NCBI GenBank assembly: GCA_963739495.1
Contig: CAVUAM010000015.1
Location: forward strand, 39,367 to 103,366
Reading direction: 5' to 3'
Length of the DNA: 64,000 bases
Source: Candidatus Bathyarchaeota archaeon
GTDB taxonomy: Archaea > Thermoproteota > Bathyarchaeia > Bathyarchaeales > Bathycorpusculaceae
Positions 20,156-30,664 of the stretch are shown here, one piece after another. Numbering within the stretch: position 1 is the stretch's first letter; each line of letters opens with the position of its first letter. The notes below the pieces were generated by a model. That model did not search any database, had not been told where the DNA came from, and saw nothing but the letters and a program-made list of their open reading frames with translations. Position numbers and translations under genes: made by a program.

Positions 20156-21193
20156 TTGACGTCAGGTTTCAAGAAAGCAGCATCAGTTGCAGCACGTTCA
20201 CTTACTCCTGGCAAACCCCACCATGCACAATGGTTAGTCACAAGAAAATGTAACTATCAATGCCGAGGATGCAACGTCTGGAAGGAACAAGACCAAGAAG
20301 AACTTTCAGCCGACGAAATAAAGAAAGGATTAGATATTCTAAAAGAACTTGGCGTTGTTGAACTAGTGATTTCTGGTGGAGACCCACTGCTTCGAGAGGA
20401 TATTGGCGAAATTATCGATTATTCAACAAAATTATTTGTCACAACGGTTTATGACAACGGAAGTCTGGCTGCACAAAAAATCGATGTTCTGCGGAAAGCT
20501 GATTTTGTGGCAATTTCCATCGACAGCCTCGATGAAAAAACGCATGATTACCTAAAAAATATACCAGGAGCTTGGAAAAGTGGCACTCAAGCCGTAGAAA
20601 TGCTTCACAAAGAGGGAATAAAAGTCAATGTCACACCGACAATTTCCCAAAAGAATCTCTATGAAATCGTTGATATAACTAACCATTTTACAGGAAAAGG
20701 AATCCCAGTTTGGTATTGCCTCTATTCTTATGATACTTCGATAGATAACAAACAATTGTTTAGGATAGGCAAAGAAAACGACGATTTAGTGATAACTGAC
20801 AAGCAAGCAATGGTTAACCTCTGCAACCAGCTGATTGAGATGAAGAAGAAAAACAAGAAAATTCTCATGACCGATAAACTGCTTGTGGCGCTACGAAGTC
20901 TGTATGAAGAAGACACCAAGAGAACTTGGCAATGCCAAGCACTTAATCAATTTTTGGTAGTTGACCACTTGGGAAGGGTTGCAGGTTGCCACAGCCATAA
21001 CTTTGCAGGCTCAATCTTTGATTTGCCGCAAAAATGGAAAAGCACAGAATTTAGGCAACTAAGAGAAAAATATCATAAATGCACTCAATGCAACTACCTT
21101 TGCTATGTGTTCTATTCACTTCATGGAAGCCCAAAAGGTCATCTATCCTTAGCGAAAGACCAGTGGAAAAACGCAAAGCTGCTATTCAAATAA
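20156..21193 (+). CDS. Radical SAM protein with a SPASM/twitch-like C-terminus
   Basis: CNYQCRGC, SGGDPLLR, ISIDS and C-terminal C...GC...CTQCNYLC. Confidence 0.88.
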   Translation: MTSGFKKAASVAARSLTPGKPHHAQWLVTRKCNYQCRGCNVWKEQDQEELSADEIKKGLDILKELGVVELVISGGDPLLREDIGEIIDYSTKLFVTTVYDNGSLAAQKIDVLRKADFVAISIDSLDEKTHDYLKNIPGAWKSGTQAVEMLHKEGIKVNVTPTISQKNLYEIVDITNHFTGKGIPVWYCLYSYDTSIDNKQLFRIGKENDDLVITDKQAMVNLCNQLIEMKKKNKKILMTDKLLVALRSLYEEDTKRTWQCQALNQFLVVDHLGRVAGCHSHNFAGSIFDLPQKWKSTEFRQLREKYHKCTQCNYLCYVFYSLHGSPKGHLSLAKDQWKNAKLLFK

Positions 21194-21561
21194 CTTAAGC
21201 TTCCAAATTTGGAACAAAATTAAGAAAAAACGCAATTTTACTCGCTAATTGACTATCGAATTTTACTTCTTGTTCAATATCTGATAAGATTGATTTTAGA
21301 GCGCACAAACGCCATGGTGCAAAGGAGACGGTTATTGACCTCGGTCTTGCATCTTGGGATCTTTTGAAATCAATGAAAGCGGACAAGAATATCAACGTGA
21401 CAACAAGGAAAGTTGCAGTAAGCGGCGATTAGTGGAACGAGTGGAATCATAACATCGGAAATGTCGTATATTTTAGGTGTCAATATAACGATTTCCACTC
21501 CCTAAATGTTCAGTTCTTTTCCCAATCATTCGAAAGACAATCCAAAATATTCGCAACTCGA

Positions 21562-21800
21562 CTAAAGAGAAGTAATAAAAAAAAGATTCCAGAATACGCC
21601 TACGATGTTGCCGGCTGTTAACATGGCAACTTTTGTTGCGGAGTTTCTGATAAGTTGGAAAAATAGTGAAGCAAAAAACAAATCATAAATTATGAGGGTG
21701 ACCGTGGATTGGATGTTCACGAAGTGGAACGAAGCGACTAGACATAAAATAATAATTTTCAACTAAAGAGAATTTTTGCTATTTGATTAATAGTTTTCAT
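21562..21800 (-). pseudogene. Fragmented membrane-protein gene
   Basis: Hydrophobic ORF piece 21562-21762 with an out-of-frame ATG near 21800 and an early stop. Confidence 0.35.
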
Positions 21801-21912
21801 CTATTTTGCCCTCTCTTCTATTCTTAAACTTCTATTCTGAGAGCGGGTTAATTTATTTATTTGCTGTTTTAAGTCATCTGGAATTAAGTTATAGAAGATC
21901 GTTCTATTTTAC

Positions 21913-22539
21913 TTATTGAACGTTGGAGAAAGCCACATTATCGATTACTTTGCATAGAACCTCAAATACTTCGTTTGCACTCAAATTATCAGTGTCTAAA
22001 ATAAAATCAAATGGCTTGAGGTCCTCGCCAAGACTAAAACCATAAAGTGACTTGTAAATTGCTTTGGTACGTGCTTCTTTCTCCTTCAACACATTAAAAG
22101 CTTGATCGACAGTCATCCCATCTCTTATGGCAACTCTTGCAGCTCTTTTCTCGAACGATGCCTCCAACCAGATTTTAAAGCCCTCTTTTAACAGCCAAGG
22201 CATAGTCCAACTGTCCAAAAGAACATTTCCCTGCTGAGCATACTCTAAGAGTCTGTCATCGACTTCCTTGTCAAATTTTAGGTCATTCACTCTCTTGCTA
22301 AGAAAGTTTAAACCTCCAGGGCTTTCCCACCAACCTTGAACAGAAACATCATAACCTTCCTGCTTTGCCAAATCTTTCAAAACGTCTCCACCAGAAAAAT
22401 ATCGCAAACCATACTTTTCAGCTAGCTTTTTGGATAGAGTGCTTTTCCCGGTTCCAGCCATTCCTGAAATGCAGATTACTGTTCTTCTTGCGGCAACGGC
22501 GCAGTTTTTTTCTTGCTTTGCCATTTGGCGTTCACTCAA
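21913..22539 (-). CDS. cmk: Cytidylate kinase (archaeal)
   Basis: ISGMAGTGKST, D..VD and FDFILDTDNLS; located after DUF106. Confidence 0.88.
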   Translation of the reverse strand: MSERQMAKQEKNCAVAARRTVICISGMAGTGKSTLSKKLAEKYGLRYFSGGDVLKDLAKQEGYDVSVQGWWESPGGLNFLSKRVNDLKFDKEVDDRLLEYAQQGNVLLDSWTMPWLLKEGFKIWLEASFEKRAARVAIRDGMTVDQAFNVLKEKEARTKAIYKSLYGFSLGEDLKPFDFILDTDNLSANEVFEVLCKVIDNVAFSNVQ

Positions 22540-22548
22540 TTATCATCG

Positions 22549-23085
22549 TTATACTGCGCCTTGCTCTATGGGCATTATACCTATTATGCGTGAGGACAAA
22601 AGTCCAAAAAATAGTGAGCAGATGGGGTACCAGTAGAACACGGGGATTGCGGCAGGAATTGCTGCTCCAACAGTAAGACCATTGGCAATATGAAAAGCTC
22701 CAGCGACTGTACCAATACCGGGTATGTAAGCCATTGGAGCTTGGTGAAACGTTGGGGTTAAGACTAAGAACCAAACGATAAGGTAAACGAACGAGATTCC
22801 GAACTGAACCATCTGGGGCTTCATCATTTTTGCTTGCATGTTTTTTATCTGTGAATCTTTCTTCTTGAGTTTCTCAACCTTTTTCGTATCTTTTGCGCGC
22901 ATGGCTGCCATAGTCTCGGAGCGGTATTCAGCCATTTCTCTCTGCATAACACGGTATTGTTCCCAGCCCACGAAGTAGTTGATTAAAACCCTGTTTATTC
23001 CAGAGTTTAAGAAGGCGATTCCAGCCGCAATAGCCATAATAATCAATGTCGCTATAGGCAACGATGTAACTACTTCAGACATCAA
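22549..23085 (-). CDS. DUF106 / EMC3-TMCO1 (Oxa1 superfamily) membrane protein
   Basis: TM - coiled coil - MMKP - TM - YWY..CS architecture; downstream of secY. Confidence 0.85.
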   Translation of the reverse strand: MMSEVVTSLPIATLIIMAIAAGIAFLNSGINRVLINYFVGWEQYRVMQREMAEYRSETMAAMRAKDTKKVEKLKKKDSQIKNMQAKMMKPQMVQFGISFVYLIVWFLVLTPTFHQAPMAYIPGIGTVAGAFHIANGLTVGAAIPAAIPVFYWYPICSLFFGLLSSRIIGIMPIEQGAV

Positions 23086-23346
23086 TTTTCCTCTTGATAT
23101 TCTATGGGTACCGTATCTTGTTATCTTGTTAATAACCGTTTTTGCTTCAGAGCACTGTATTTTTTCACCAAAAGTTCTTTTTCGTTCAAAGGCTTATTCA
23201 ACATTTAGAATTGCAATTTGTTTTCGTTTAACAAAAAAATGAGTGTTTATTTTTAGGTATATCACCATAAGGTATGCCGTCAAGATACACGCTAGTGTCA
23301 TCTAACTTAAAAGAATGAAAATGAAGGCGGGTTAGCGTTGTTTATG

Positions 23347-24768
23347 CTATTCGCCCAGGATTCTTCGGAATGCTGGGAACATTTCTGCGGCGCGCTCACG
23401 CATCAGCAGTTCATAGTACTGATAGATGATACCACATGATCAGCAAGATACCTGTGCCTGAACCGAAAGCGCCAAAGAAATCAGAGAGCCCCGCCACAAG
23501 TCCTACGATAACACCTCCTAAAACGGTCACCACTGGAATGTAGCGTTTGAGGATGGCTTCGATGGGTCTTCCTGAACGTCGATAACCTGGAATTTGCATT
23601 CCGCTATCCATGAGTTGTTTGCTACTTTTGCAGGTCCTAAACCACCAACTTCAAGCCAAATCAGTGAGAAAACGGCGCAGAAGACTATGATAATACCAAG
23701 GTAAGCAGCAGCTTGCAGAGGTGCACCGATGACACCTTGTATATTGCGCGGTGCAGTTACGTAGTACGCTAAACCACCTACGGTTGAAACAGCACCGGAT
23801 GTTGCATTTTGGTAGTAGTCACCTATTATTTGGAAGAATATGTTTGTGCCTGGTGCGGGCCGCCCAAATTGACTCCATAATAGTTGGCTGAAGAAGTATA
23901 CGTTGGCGAATAGTGCTGATGCAAAGATGACTGGCAAGTTTGAAACGTAGAGGAGTTTGATTGGATATCTGCTACGGAAGCCTTTGTATCCAGCGTAGCT
24001 CATTGGAAGCTCAATTCTTATGCCCTGCAGATAAATGACTATCAAAAAGACAGCTATTGTAGCAATGAACCCGAGCAGTGAAGGGTAGATCCCTGACACT
24101 GAACCAAAAGCCCACTGACACTAATGTCTGTTGACCACCCAAGAGAGCTGAGAGTGAACCAACGAATAATCCGTTTGGCGGTGAGAATGATGACCAAAGT
24201 ATGTTTTGGGCGACTCCTGCCATGATGAATAGGCTGATCCCACTTCCTAGCCCCCAGCCTTTTTGGACAAGTTCATCCATTAACATAACGATTATGCCTG
24301 CGGCAAGTAACTGTATGAAGATGGCCAGTATTGTTGGTCCTGCAAGGCTTGGTCCATACATGCCACTTAGAATGTATGCACCTGCTTGAATACCTGTCAG
24401 TACGATACTGAAGACTTTGCTTGCAGAGGTAAAGAGCCCTCTGTCTTCAGAGTTTGACATGTCGCATTTGATTATTGATGACCCTGCAAGCAGCTGCAAG
24501 GATTAATCCAGCCGTGACGATAGGGCCGATGCCGAGTTCCATCAGTGTGCCGCGGTTGGAAGCGAAAATTACTCTTAATGAGCCGAAATTGGTCTGCTGC
24601 TGAAGTTGCAACCCCGTAAAGCGGGATTTCAGTCATGACTAGGAAAACAACAAGTACGAGTGCTGTCCAGAAGATTTTCTCGTTAAAACTGACTTTGCGT
24701 TCAGGTTTTTTTATTTCAGGTAAAACTCTGCCTATTGGTTTGAAGAGGCTGAGAAATCTTCCAGGCAT
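23347..24768 (-). CDS. secY: Preprotein translocase SecY (at least 4 frameshifts)
   Basis: Pieces [57 protein letters not shown] and GSGTGILL lie in successive frames. Confidence 0.95.
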
Positions 24769-24777
24769 TTAGACGTT

Positions 24778-25188
24778 TTACTCTCCGTTGGTTTGGGAGG
24801 TTACGATTTTTCCGCCTGCTTGGGTAATTTTTTCTGTTGCAGATTTTGAGCAGGAAGCTACATGTATGGTTAAGGGCTTAGTTATCTTACCTGTGCCTAA
24901 CAGTTTGGTGAAGCCCATTTCAGTCAGGTTGATTTCTGAACCCTGCGCAAGTTGATCTAGTTTACCCAAGTTAATTGTACTGGTTTTCGTGTGCAGACTT
25001 TTGGGAGAAGTGAAACCATGTTTTCCGAAGTAGTTAGGTTCAGATGTGACAACTAAGCTCCAAAGGTGCTTATGGCGTCCGACTTTTCTTGCGCCTTTGC
25101 TGCCTGAATCGCGGTGTTGACCTATTCTTCCGTAACCTTGAGTCCTTGAGCCTCTTGTTTTCCTAATCTTTCTTAGTTTATGTGGCAT
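24778..25188 (-). CDS. rpl15: 50S ribosomal protein uL15
   Basis: RGSRTQGYG, YFGKHGF, KLLGTG and KITQAGG motifs. Confidence 0.95.
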   Translation of the reverse strand: MPHKLRKIRKTRGSRTQGYGRIGQHRDSGSKGARKVGRHKHLWSLVVTSEPNYFGKHGFTSPKSLHTKTSTINLGKLDQLAQGSEINLTEMGFTKLLGTGKITKPLTIHVASCSKSATEKITQAGGKIVTSQTNGE

Positions 25189-25189
25189 T

Positions 25190-25627
25190 TTAGTCCGCTT
25201 CTTTTCCTATGGTGGTTGTTTCAGCTTTTTTAAGCCTGATTTCCAGCACGCCATTTTTGAATTTGGTGTGCGTTGCGTCTGGAATCACTACCGTCGGAAG
25301 ATTTAAACTTTTATAGTATCTTCGATCTTTTGATTTTGCCGACAGCGTAATTTTCTGGTCTTTCACATTTATCTTGAGGGTTTCCTTATTAAAGCCTACT
25401 ATTTCCGCAACAACTGTAACGTAGTTGTTTTCTTGGAAAATATCAATTAAGGGTTTTTGCTCTGCAATGTTACGTTTTGCATAGCTTCTAGACGGACGAA
25501 AATTTGGGTGAGTAGGCATAGTTTTTAACCGTTGAGTTTTCCCAGTTGCTTTGGGTTTACTGTTTTTGAACTCTTTAATATCCAGCCATTTCCGGTTTTT
25601 ACTTGTTCTTCTCCACTTTGCACTCAT
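25190..25627 (-). CDS. Hsp20/alpha-crystallin-domain protein with a basic N-terminus
   Basis: PLIDIF...VVAEIVG...YYKSLNLP...FKNGVLEIRLKK. Confidence 0.8.
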   Translation of the reverse strand: MSAKWRRTSKNRKWLDIKEFKNSKPKATGKTQRLKTMPTHPNFRPSRSYAKRNIAEQKPLIDIFQENNYVTVVAEIVGFNKETLKINVKDQKITLSAKSKDRRYYKSLNLPTVVIPDATHTKFKNGVLEIRLKKAETTTIGKEAD

Positions 25628-25958
25628 ACATCTGTCCCCTCCAATTAACTAACGCATCTCTCTAACGACATTATAAAATGTATCGCACATAAAGGGTTAC
25701 AAAACCCCTGAACAACAAGACGCAAAACATTCATGTAAACAGAGATTTGCACGCTACTTTTAGGATACAAACTCATTCGCCCTTTGGCAGCCTCGTCTCC
25801 ATCATTTATAGGCGCACGTTTTTAGGCGGAAATATTCGTAAGGTGTATTTATTGATTAAAAAAATTCGCAAATTAAACGAATATTAACAAATAACTTGAG
25901 ACGCAGAGAACGGAGAATTATGAGGTTAAAATAAAAAATGTAAAAAAACGCCCGGTGT

Positions 25959-26447
25959 TTAAACCATGCGTTGGACTAGTGCGTTTATTGCTTCTCCGCG
26001 GTAGCCTGCCTCGCCACCTGCTTTAAAGCCTTTTTTGGTTTTCCCCTTGTAACCTTTGCTCGGCGGATGAAGACGGAAGCGTGCTTGTATATCGGGGAGT
26101 TTGCCGTATTGTACTTTGCAGCTAACGATGGCTTCTGCGAGGTCTTCGACTGATTTATACCCAATTTTTGTGAGGTATTCTTCAGTTAGTTTTTTGTCGC
26201 CTGCTAAGAGCGCGCGTTTTTGGATCATCATAGTCACGGTTTCTTTCGTGGGTTCACCGTAGGTGATGTAGCTGTTTATGCGTTGCAGCATGCCTTTGTA
26301 AGCTGGTCGACTGTCGATTAGAACTGCGTGGTTAGTGTGGCCTAAATGGAGTAGGTCAAGGGTTTCTCTAGCTTCACGTTGTGCGCTGACGGTCCCTCGG
26401 ATTCTCACTACGACAAGAGGTTTACATTCTTCTGTTTTCTGCGCCAT
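25959..26447 (-). CDS. rpl30: 50S ribosomal protein uL30
   Basis: VVRIRG, TYGE, FRLHPP and GYRGEAIN motifs. Confidence 0.95.
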   Translation of the reverse strand: MAQKTEECKPLVVVRIRGTVSAQREARETLDLLHLGHTNHAVLIDSRPAYKGMLQRINSYITYGEPTKETVTMMIQKRALLAGDKKLTEEYLTKIGYKSVEDLAEAIVSCKVQYGKLPDIQARFRLHPPSKGYKGKTKKGFKAGGEAGYRGEAINALVQRMV

Positions 26448-26448
26448 T

Positions 26449-27105
26449 TTACTTCACCCAGTCCACTTGAGTAATTAAATTATAAGTCTTCCGCATTCCA
26501 TCAAAGATTGCACATGCGTAAGACGGCACTGTCCTCGTTGAGCCGTAACTTCGCATCCAAAGATCTTTAATGCCAGCTAAACCTAAGATGACTTTTGCAA
26601 CTTCGCTTGAAACCAAGCCTAAGCCCCTGGGACCAGGAACGATTACCACTCGGACGCCACCACATTTGCCTTCCACTTCGAATGGAACTGAATGTGGTTT
26701 CCCACAGCCACATTCCCAACTTCCGCATCCCCGTTTAACTGGGATGATGTTTAGACGGGCGTTTACTGCGGCTTTTTCTATGGCGTTTCGTACTTGGCTG
26801 GCTTTTCCGCTGCCTAAGCCTACGTAGCCGTCTCGATTTCCAACTGCAACAATAGCTTTAAAGCGTGATTTTTCACCTGCGTCAGTCTGTTTCTGCACTA
26901 GGTTAACGTTTATGACTTCTTCTTGCAGATCAGGAATCAGTGAGTCAACGATTTGGGATTCAGAAATTTTTATGCCAGATAGAAATACGTCTTCGATGCT
27001 GGTTATTTTGCCTTCCTGAATCATCTTGCCCAACCTAGTTTTTGGAATCCAGGCTTCTAGATTAGTTGTTCGTTTTTCTCGTTCATTTCTGTTTCTGCTA
27101 CTCAT
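26449..27105 (-). CDS. rps5: 30S ribosomal protein uS5
   Basis: WIPKTRLG, VQKQTDAG, RGCGSWEC and PRGLGLV motifs. Confidence 0.97.
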   Translation of the reverse strand: MSSRNRNEREKRTTNLEAWIPKTRLGKMIQEGKITSIEDVFLSGIKISESQIVDSLIPDLQEEVINVNLVQKQTDAGEKSRFKAIVAVGNRDGYVGLGSGKASQVRNAIEKAAVNARLNIIPVKRGCGSWECGCGKPHSVPFEVEGKCGGVRVVIVPGPRGLGLVSSEVAKVILGLAGIKDLWMRSYGSTRTVPSYACAIFDGMRKTYNLITQVDWVK

Positions 27106-27980
27106 GCTTTCTTTCCACCTTTCTTAGTAATCTTATCTTTGGGGGCTTTGGTTTCAGCTGCAGTTTTCGCTTTTGGAGATTTCTCTTTGGCTACTTTTTC
27201 TTTCGGCGCCTCTTTGCGGGTTTTTCCTTTGGTTGTTTTGGTTATAGCTTTTCCTTTAGCAGGCGTCACTTCTTCCGATTTTTCTTCTTTAACCTTAGTT
27301 GAAGCTTTTTCTTTGGGTGCCGCTTCAATTGCTTTGGAAGCTTTTTCTTTTGTAGCAACTTTCGGTTTAGCGTCTTCAACAGTTAATTTGGCGCTTTTAG
27401 TTCCAGCCATGATGTCAGCTTTGACTTTAGCGAAGTGTTCAGCGATTTTTTCTGGAGCAACACCATTCGCTGTGTACTGCGAGAATTTTGCTGTATATTC
27501 TTCGGAGCCTGAGCCCAAGTTTTTAGCGTATTTGGCTATGTGTTCGCCTTTCATTCGTTCTTTAACGATTTTTTCTTCGCTGTGAGGAACCTCAACTCCG
27601 GCGTCGACAACTCCGCTGAGTACAGCGAAGGTTCTTGAGCCCTTTGTGGGAGAAACTAAGCCGAGGTCAAGAATTGCTTCAGTGATACCTGCAGCTTTCG
27701 CCTTCAAACCGACTAGCAGTCCTGTAAGGTAGGCGGCTGGAATGTTGCCAGTTGGAGCTTTCCAACCGTAACTCTTTATGAGCTCACGGCTGTTAGCTGA
27801 TACTCTGACCTCATCACCATGGGGCTTAGCAACTATTATTTGTGCTTCAATATTCTTTAGAGAACCCCTAGTAACCAGTCGTGGCTTTCTGGATGTAACC
27901 AGAGCCTTACGCGCTTGATAATCGGTTTTTCCTTCGCGTCTGCGTCTTAATTGTACACGGTAACTTGCATTTTTCGCCAT
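27102..27980 (-). CDS. rpl18: 50S ribosomal protein uL18 with a ~100-aa K/A/E-rich tail
   Basis: RRRREGKTDY, AAYLTG and VPHSE motifs. Confidence 0.95.
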   Translation of the reverse strand: MAKNASYRVQLRRRREGKTDYQARKALVTSRKPRLVTRGSLKNIEAQIIVAKPHGDEVRVSANSRELIKSYGWKAPTGNIPAAYLTGLLVGLKAKAAGITEAILDLGLVSPTKGSRTFAVLSGVVDAGVEVPHSEEKIVKERMKGEHIAKYAKNLGSGSEEYTAKFSQYTANGVAPEKIAEHFAKVKADIMAGTKSAKLTVEDAKPKVATKEKASKAIEAAPKEKASTKVKEEKSEEVTPAKGKAITKTTKGKTRKEAPKEKVAKEKSPKAKTAAETKAPKDKITKKGGKKA

Positions 27981-28436
27981 CTAACGTTTCCTCCATAAAT
28001 CATGAGCTTTCAAATTACGCTCTAAATCAGCAATAGACTCAAACCTTCCGCTTCCCGCCATCCTATAGTATTGGGTGTAGGTGGTTTCAGTTATGACTTT
28101 TCTTGCTTTCAAATCTCGTAGTTTGCGTCTTAGAGAACGGATTCTTAGCATCCAAGCTTCTTTTTTGGTAACTTTGGCGTGTCCCGCACCTTTTAGGCTT
28201 CCTGGACCGCTACGTCTACCTTTAAGCTTTTTTGCTCGGATAACCTTTGCTCTGGATCTGCTTACGCCCTTCTGGGGCAATGTAACGATGATTTTCTCGT
28301 GAATTAGTTTTCGGACTTCTTCACGTGTAATTGCGCCTTCAACATCGTCCATGCGTTCAGGATTAATCCAAACACGGTTTTGCCCAATCTTTAGGATTTG
28401 AGCAGCTAAACGTCTTTGTCCGCTTAAGTCAGTCAT
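27981..28436 (-). CDS. rpl19e: 50S ribosomal protein eL19
   Basis: QRRLAA, RVWINP, AITRE and GRRSGPGS motifs. Confidence 0.96.
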   Translation of the reverse strand: MTDLSGQRRLAAQILKIGQNRVWINPERMDDVEGAITREEVRKLIHEKIIVTLPQKGVSRSRAKVIRAKKLKGRRSGPGSLKGAGHAKVTKKEAWMLRIRSLRRKLRDLKARKVITETTYTQYYRMAGSGRFESIADLERNLKAHDLWRKR

Positions 28437-28987
28437 TGTTTCGTTTCTCCCTTCTTGGGTTTGGTTTCTTTAGAGACTTTCTTTATTGGTTTCTTCTTGG
28501 GCTTTGTCTCTTTTTTCACTTTTGTCTCTTCAGCTTCTGCCTCTGGCTCTTCGCCCTCTGAAGCTTCGTCGGTTTTCTCTTCAGTTTCCTTTGAAACTTT
28601 GAGGTTTAAGATCTTAATGTTAAGGTTTTTGGCTTCAGCGATGATTAGGGCACGTTTTCGTTTGCCGACAGTGTGAGCGATGCGTGCGGCTTGTATGTTT
28701 ATGTCGATGTTTGATAGGTCTGCTACGTTGAAAACTATGACTTCGCGGTATCCAGATGGATGAAGGAAACGGGCACTTATGGGTCCCTTGTAGCCGGTGC
28801 TGGGACCAGGTGGCCAACCTTTAATTTTTCGGCGGATTTTGTTATCTAAGCCGCGTGGTTTTCTCCAGCTTAGGCCGAAGCGGTCGAATTTCCAGCTTTC
28901 TGCCCGTATGAATTTGGGTTTCTTGTTTTTAGCGCGCGCTCTAAGTTTGAGTGCTTCGCGTGAGGGGGAAATTTTCTTTTCAGTCAT
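28433..28987 (-). CDS. rpl32e: 50S ribosomal protein eL32 with a charged tail
   Basis: WRKPRGLDNK, LHPSG and IAHTVGKRKR motifs. Confidence 0.95.
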   Translation of the reverse strand: MTEKKISPSREALKLRARAKNKKPKFIRAESWKFDRFGLSWRKPRGLDNKIRRKIKGWPPGPSTGYKGPISARFLHPSGYREVIVFNVADLSNIDINIQAARIAHTVGKRKRALIIAEAKNLNIKILNLKVSKETEEKTDEASEGEEPEAEAEETKVKKETKPKKKPIKKVSKETKPKKGETKQ

Positions 28988-29532
28988 TATGCCATTCCTT
29001 CGTTTCTTTCATATACGTATATGCCGTCTAGGAAAACACGGGGGTCCTTGTTTCGGACGCGTGTAGCCTGTTCAATGTTGGCAGCGGTTTGGCTGACTTC
29101 TTCCAAGTTTGCGCCTTCAACAATGATGTCGTCAGGTTCAATTTTCACTTTGACGCTGCCGATTAATTTTATTCTACGAGGCCGGCGCTCGCCAGTGAAG
29201 TTTTCGATCAAAACGGATTTGTCTTGGAGTTTTACTGAGATTGGGAAGTGTGAGAAGACGATTTTAAGTTTGTATTGGTAGCCTTTTGTTACTCCGGTAA
29301 TCATGTTGTTGATATGTGAGTAGATGGTACCTACTAGGGCGGCTTCCTTTTTCCGTGGCCACTTTGCTGAGATACGGACATTTTTACCTTCACCCTCTAT
29401 GGCTATTGGAGCGAACGAGAAGTCGCGTGTTAATGAGCCTTTAGCGCCTTTGACACTGATTTTTTTGCCTTGCATATTTAGAGTTACATCGTCTGGAACT
29501 TGAACAGTTTTAGATATTTCTGGAAGCCGCAT
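28987..29532 (-). CDS. rpl6: 50S ribosomal protein uL6
   Basis: NMITGVTKG, HFPI, NFTGE and KDPRVFLDGIY motifs. Confidence 0.97.
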   Translation of the reverse strand: MRLPEISKTVQVPDDVTLNMQGKKISVKGAKGSLTRDFSFAPIAIEGEGKNVRISAKWPRKKEAALVGTIYSHINNMITGVTKGYQYKLKIVFSHFPISVKLQDKSVLIENFTGERRPRRIKLIGSVKVKIEPDDIIVEGANLEEVSQTAANIEQATRVRNKDPRVFLDGIYVYERNEGMA

Positions 29533-29545
29533 AAGTTACACTCCT

Positions 29546-29929
29546 TTAATATACGAAGGCTAAGAGCCTTCCTCCAAGGTTTTTTTCTTCAGCGTCTTTG
29601 TGGGCTATTACGCCTTTTGAAGTTGAAACAACCATTAAGCCGACGTCTCTGGATGGTAGGAACTTCTTTTCCCATTCTTCAAATTCGTCGACTTTCACTG
29701 CAAATCTTGGTTTAACTGGACCGCATTTGTTTATTCTACCCAGAAGTTGGACTTTGAATTTTCCTTGGCGTCCATCGTCAATGAATTCGAATTCACCGAT
29801 GTAACCGTTAAGTTGCATGATTCGTAGAACGCGTCCCAAAAGCTTAGAGGCAGGGCTAATTATGCATTCACGTTTGTTGCGTGTTTCATTATTCTTGATG
29901 GTTATCAAGCCATTTGTTAAAGTATCCAT
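29546..29929 (-). CDS. rps8: 30S ribosomal protein uS8
   Basis: GYIGEFEFIDDGR, LGRINKCG and GGRLLAFVY motifs. Confidence 0.97.
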   Translation of the reverse strand: MDTLTNGLITIKNNETRNKRECIISPASKLLGRVLRIMQLNGYIGEFEFIDDGRQGKFKVQLLGRINKCGPVKPRFAVKVDEFEEWEKKFLPSRDVGLMVVSTSKGVIAHKDAEEKNLGGRLLAFVY

Positions 29930-29943
29930 TTTTTTCTTAGCTC

Positions 29944-30108
29944 CTACTCATATTTCTTGAATCCTAATTTTGGGGCTGCTTCTCTAAAACAGCATCTACA
30001 TAGATATAAATTGTAACGTCGGATAACTGGTCCATACGCGCCACATCTAACACACGGACGGGAACCTTTGCCGTATTTTCTTACTTTCTTAACTTGCTCT
30101 TTTCCCAT
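29944..30108 (-). CDS. rps14: 30S ribosomal protein uS14 (54 aa; below the ORF-track cutoff)
   Basis: Manual translation [54 protein letters not shown]. Confidence 0.95.
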   Translation of the reverse strand: MGKEQVKKVRKYGKGSRPCVRCGAYGPVIRRYNLYLCRCCFREAAPKLGFKKYE

Positions 30109-30124
30109 ACATTCACTCTCTAGT

Positions 30125-30664
30125 TTAGACGATTTCGACTCCTAAAGTTTGTTTAATAAAGACAATTGATTCTTCAGGTGTTAACAGGTGCTTTGGACCA
30201 ATTGACTTGTTCTGTTTTCTTCGGATTTTGATTCTTTGGCCAGGACGATTAACAGTAACACAAACATCCATACCGAAAATTCCGATTTCAGGGTCATATT
30301 TTACGCCTGGAATTTCGATGTGTTCTTTTAATCCGAAGGCAAAGTTGCCCCGCTCATCGAACGCACGCTTTGAAACTTTATTTTCAACAACTGGTAAGAC
30401 CTTCTTAAGGAAGTCGATTGCTTTTTGCTTTCGCAAAGTTACAACGACTGCTATTGATTCGCCTTCGCGTATGCCGAAGTCACGGATGGTTTTCTTCGCT
30501 TTTCGTTTTATGGGAGTCTGGCCAGTGATTTCTGCGAGGACTTTGTTTGCTTTTTCGAGTGGTTCGCCCGATTTGCCGACATTTAGGTTTACGACGACTT
30601 TGTCGATCCTAGGCTTTAGCATTGGGTGTTGTGTCCAGTTTTCAATCATTGCTTCTTCAGACAA
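30125..30664 (-). CDS. rpl5: 50S ribosomal protein uL5
   Basis: [20 protein letters not shown] and [11 protein letters not shown] motifs. Confidence 0.97.
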   Translation of the reverse strand: MSEEAMIENWTQHPMLKPRIDKVVVNLNVGKSGEPLEKANKVLAEITGQTPIKRKAKKTIRDFGIREGESIAVVVTLRKQKAIDFLKKVLPVVENKVSKRAFDERGNFAFGLKEHIEIPGVKYDPEIGIFGMDVCVTVNRPGQRIKIRRKQNKSIGPKHLLTPEESIVFIKQTLGVEIV

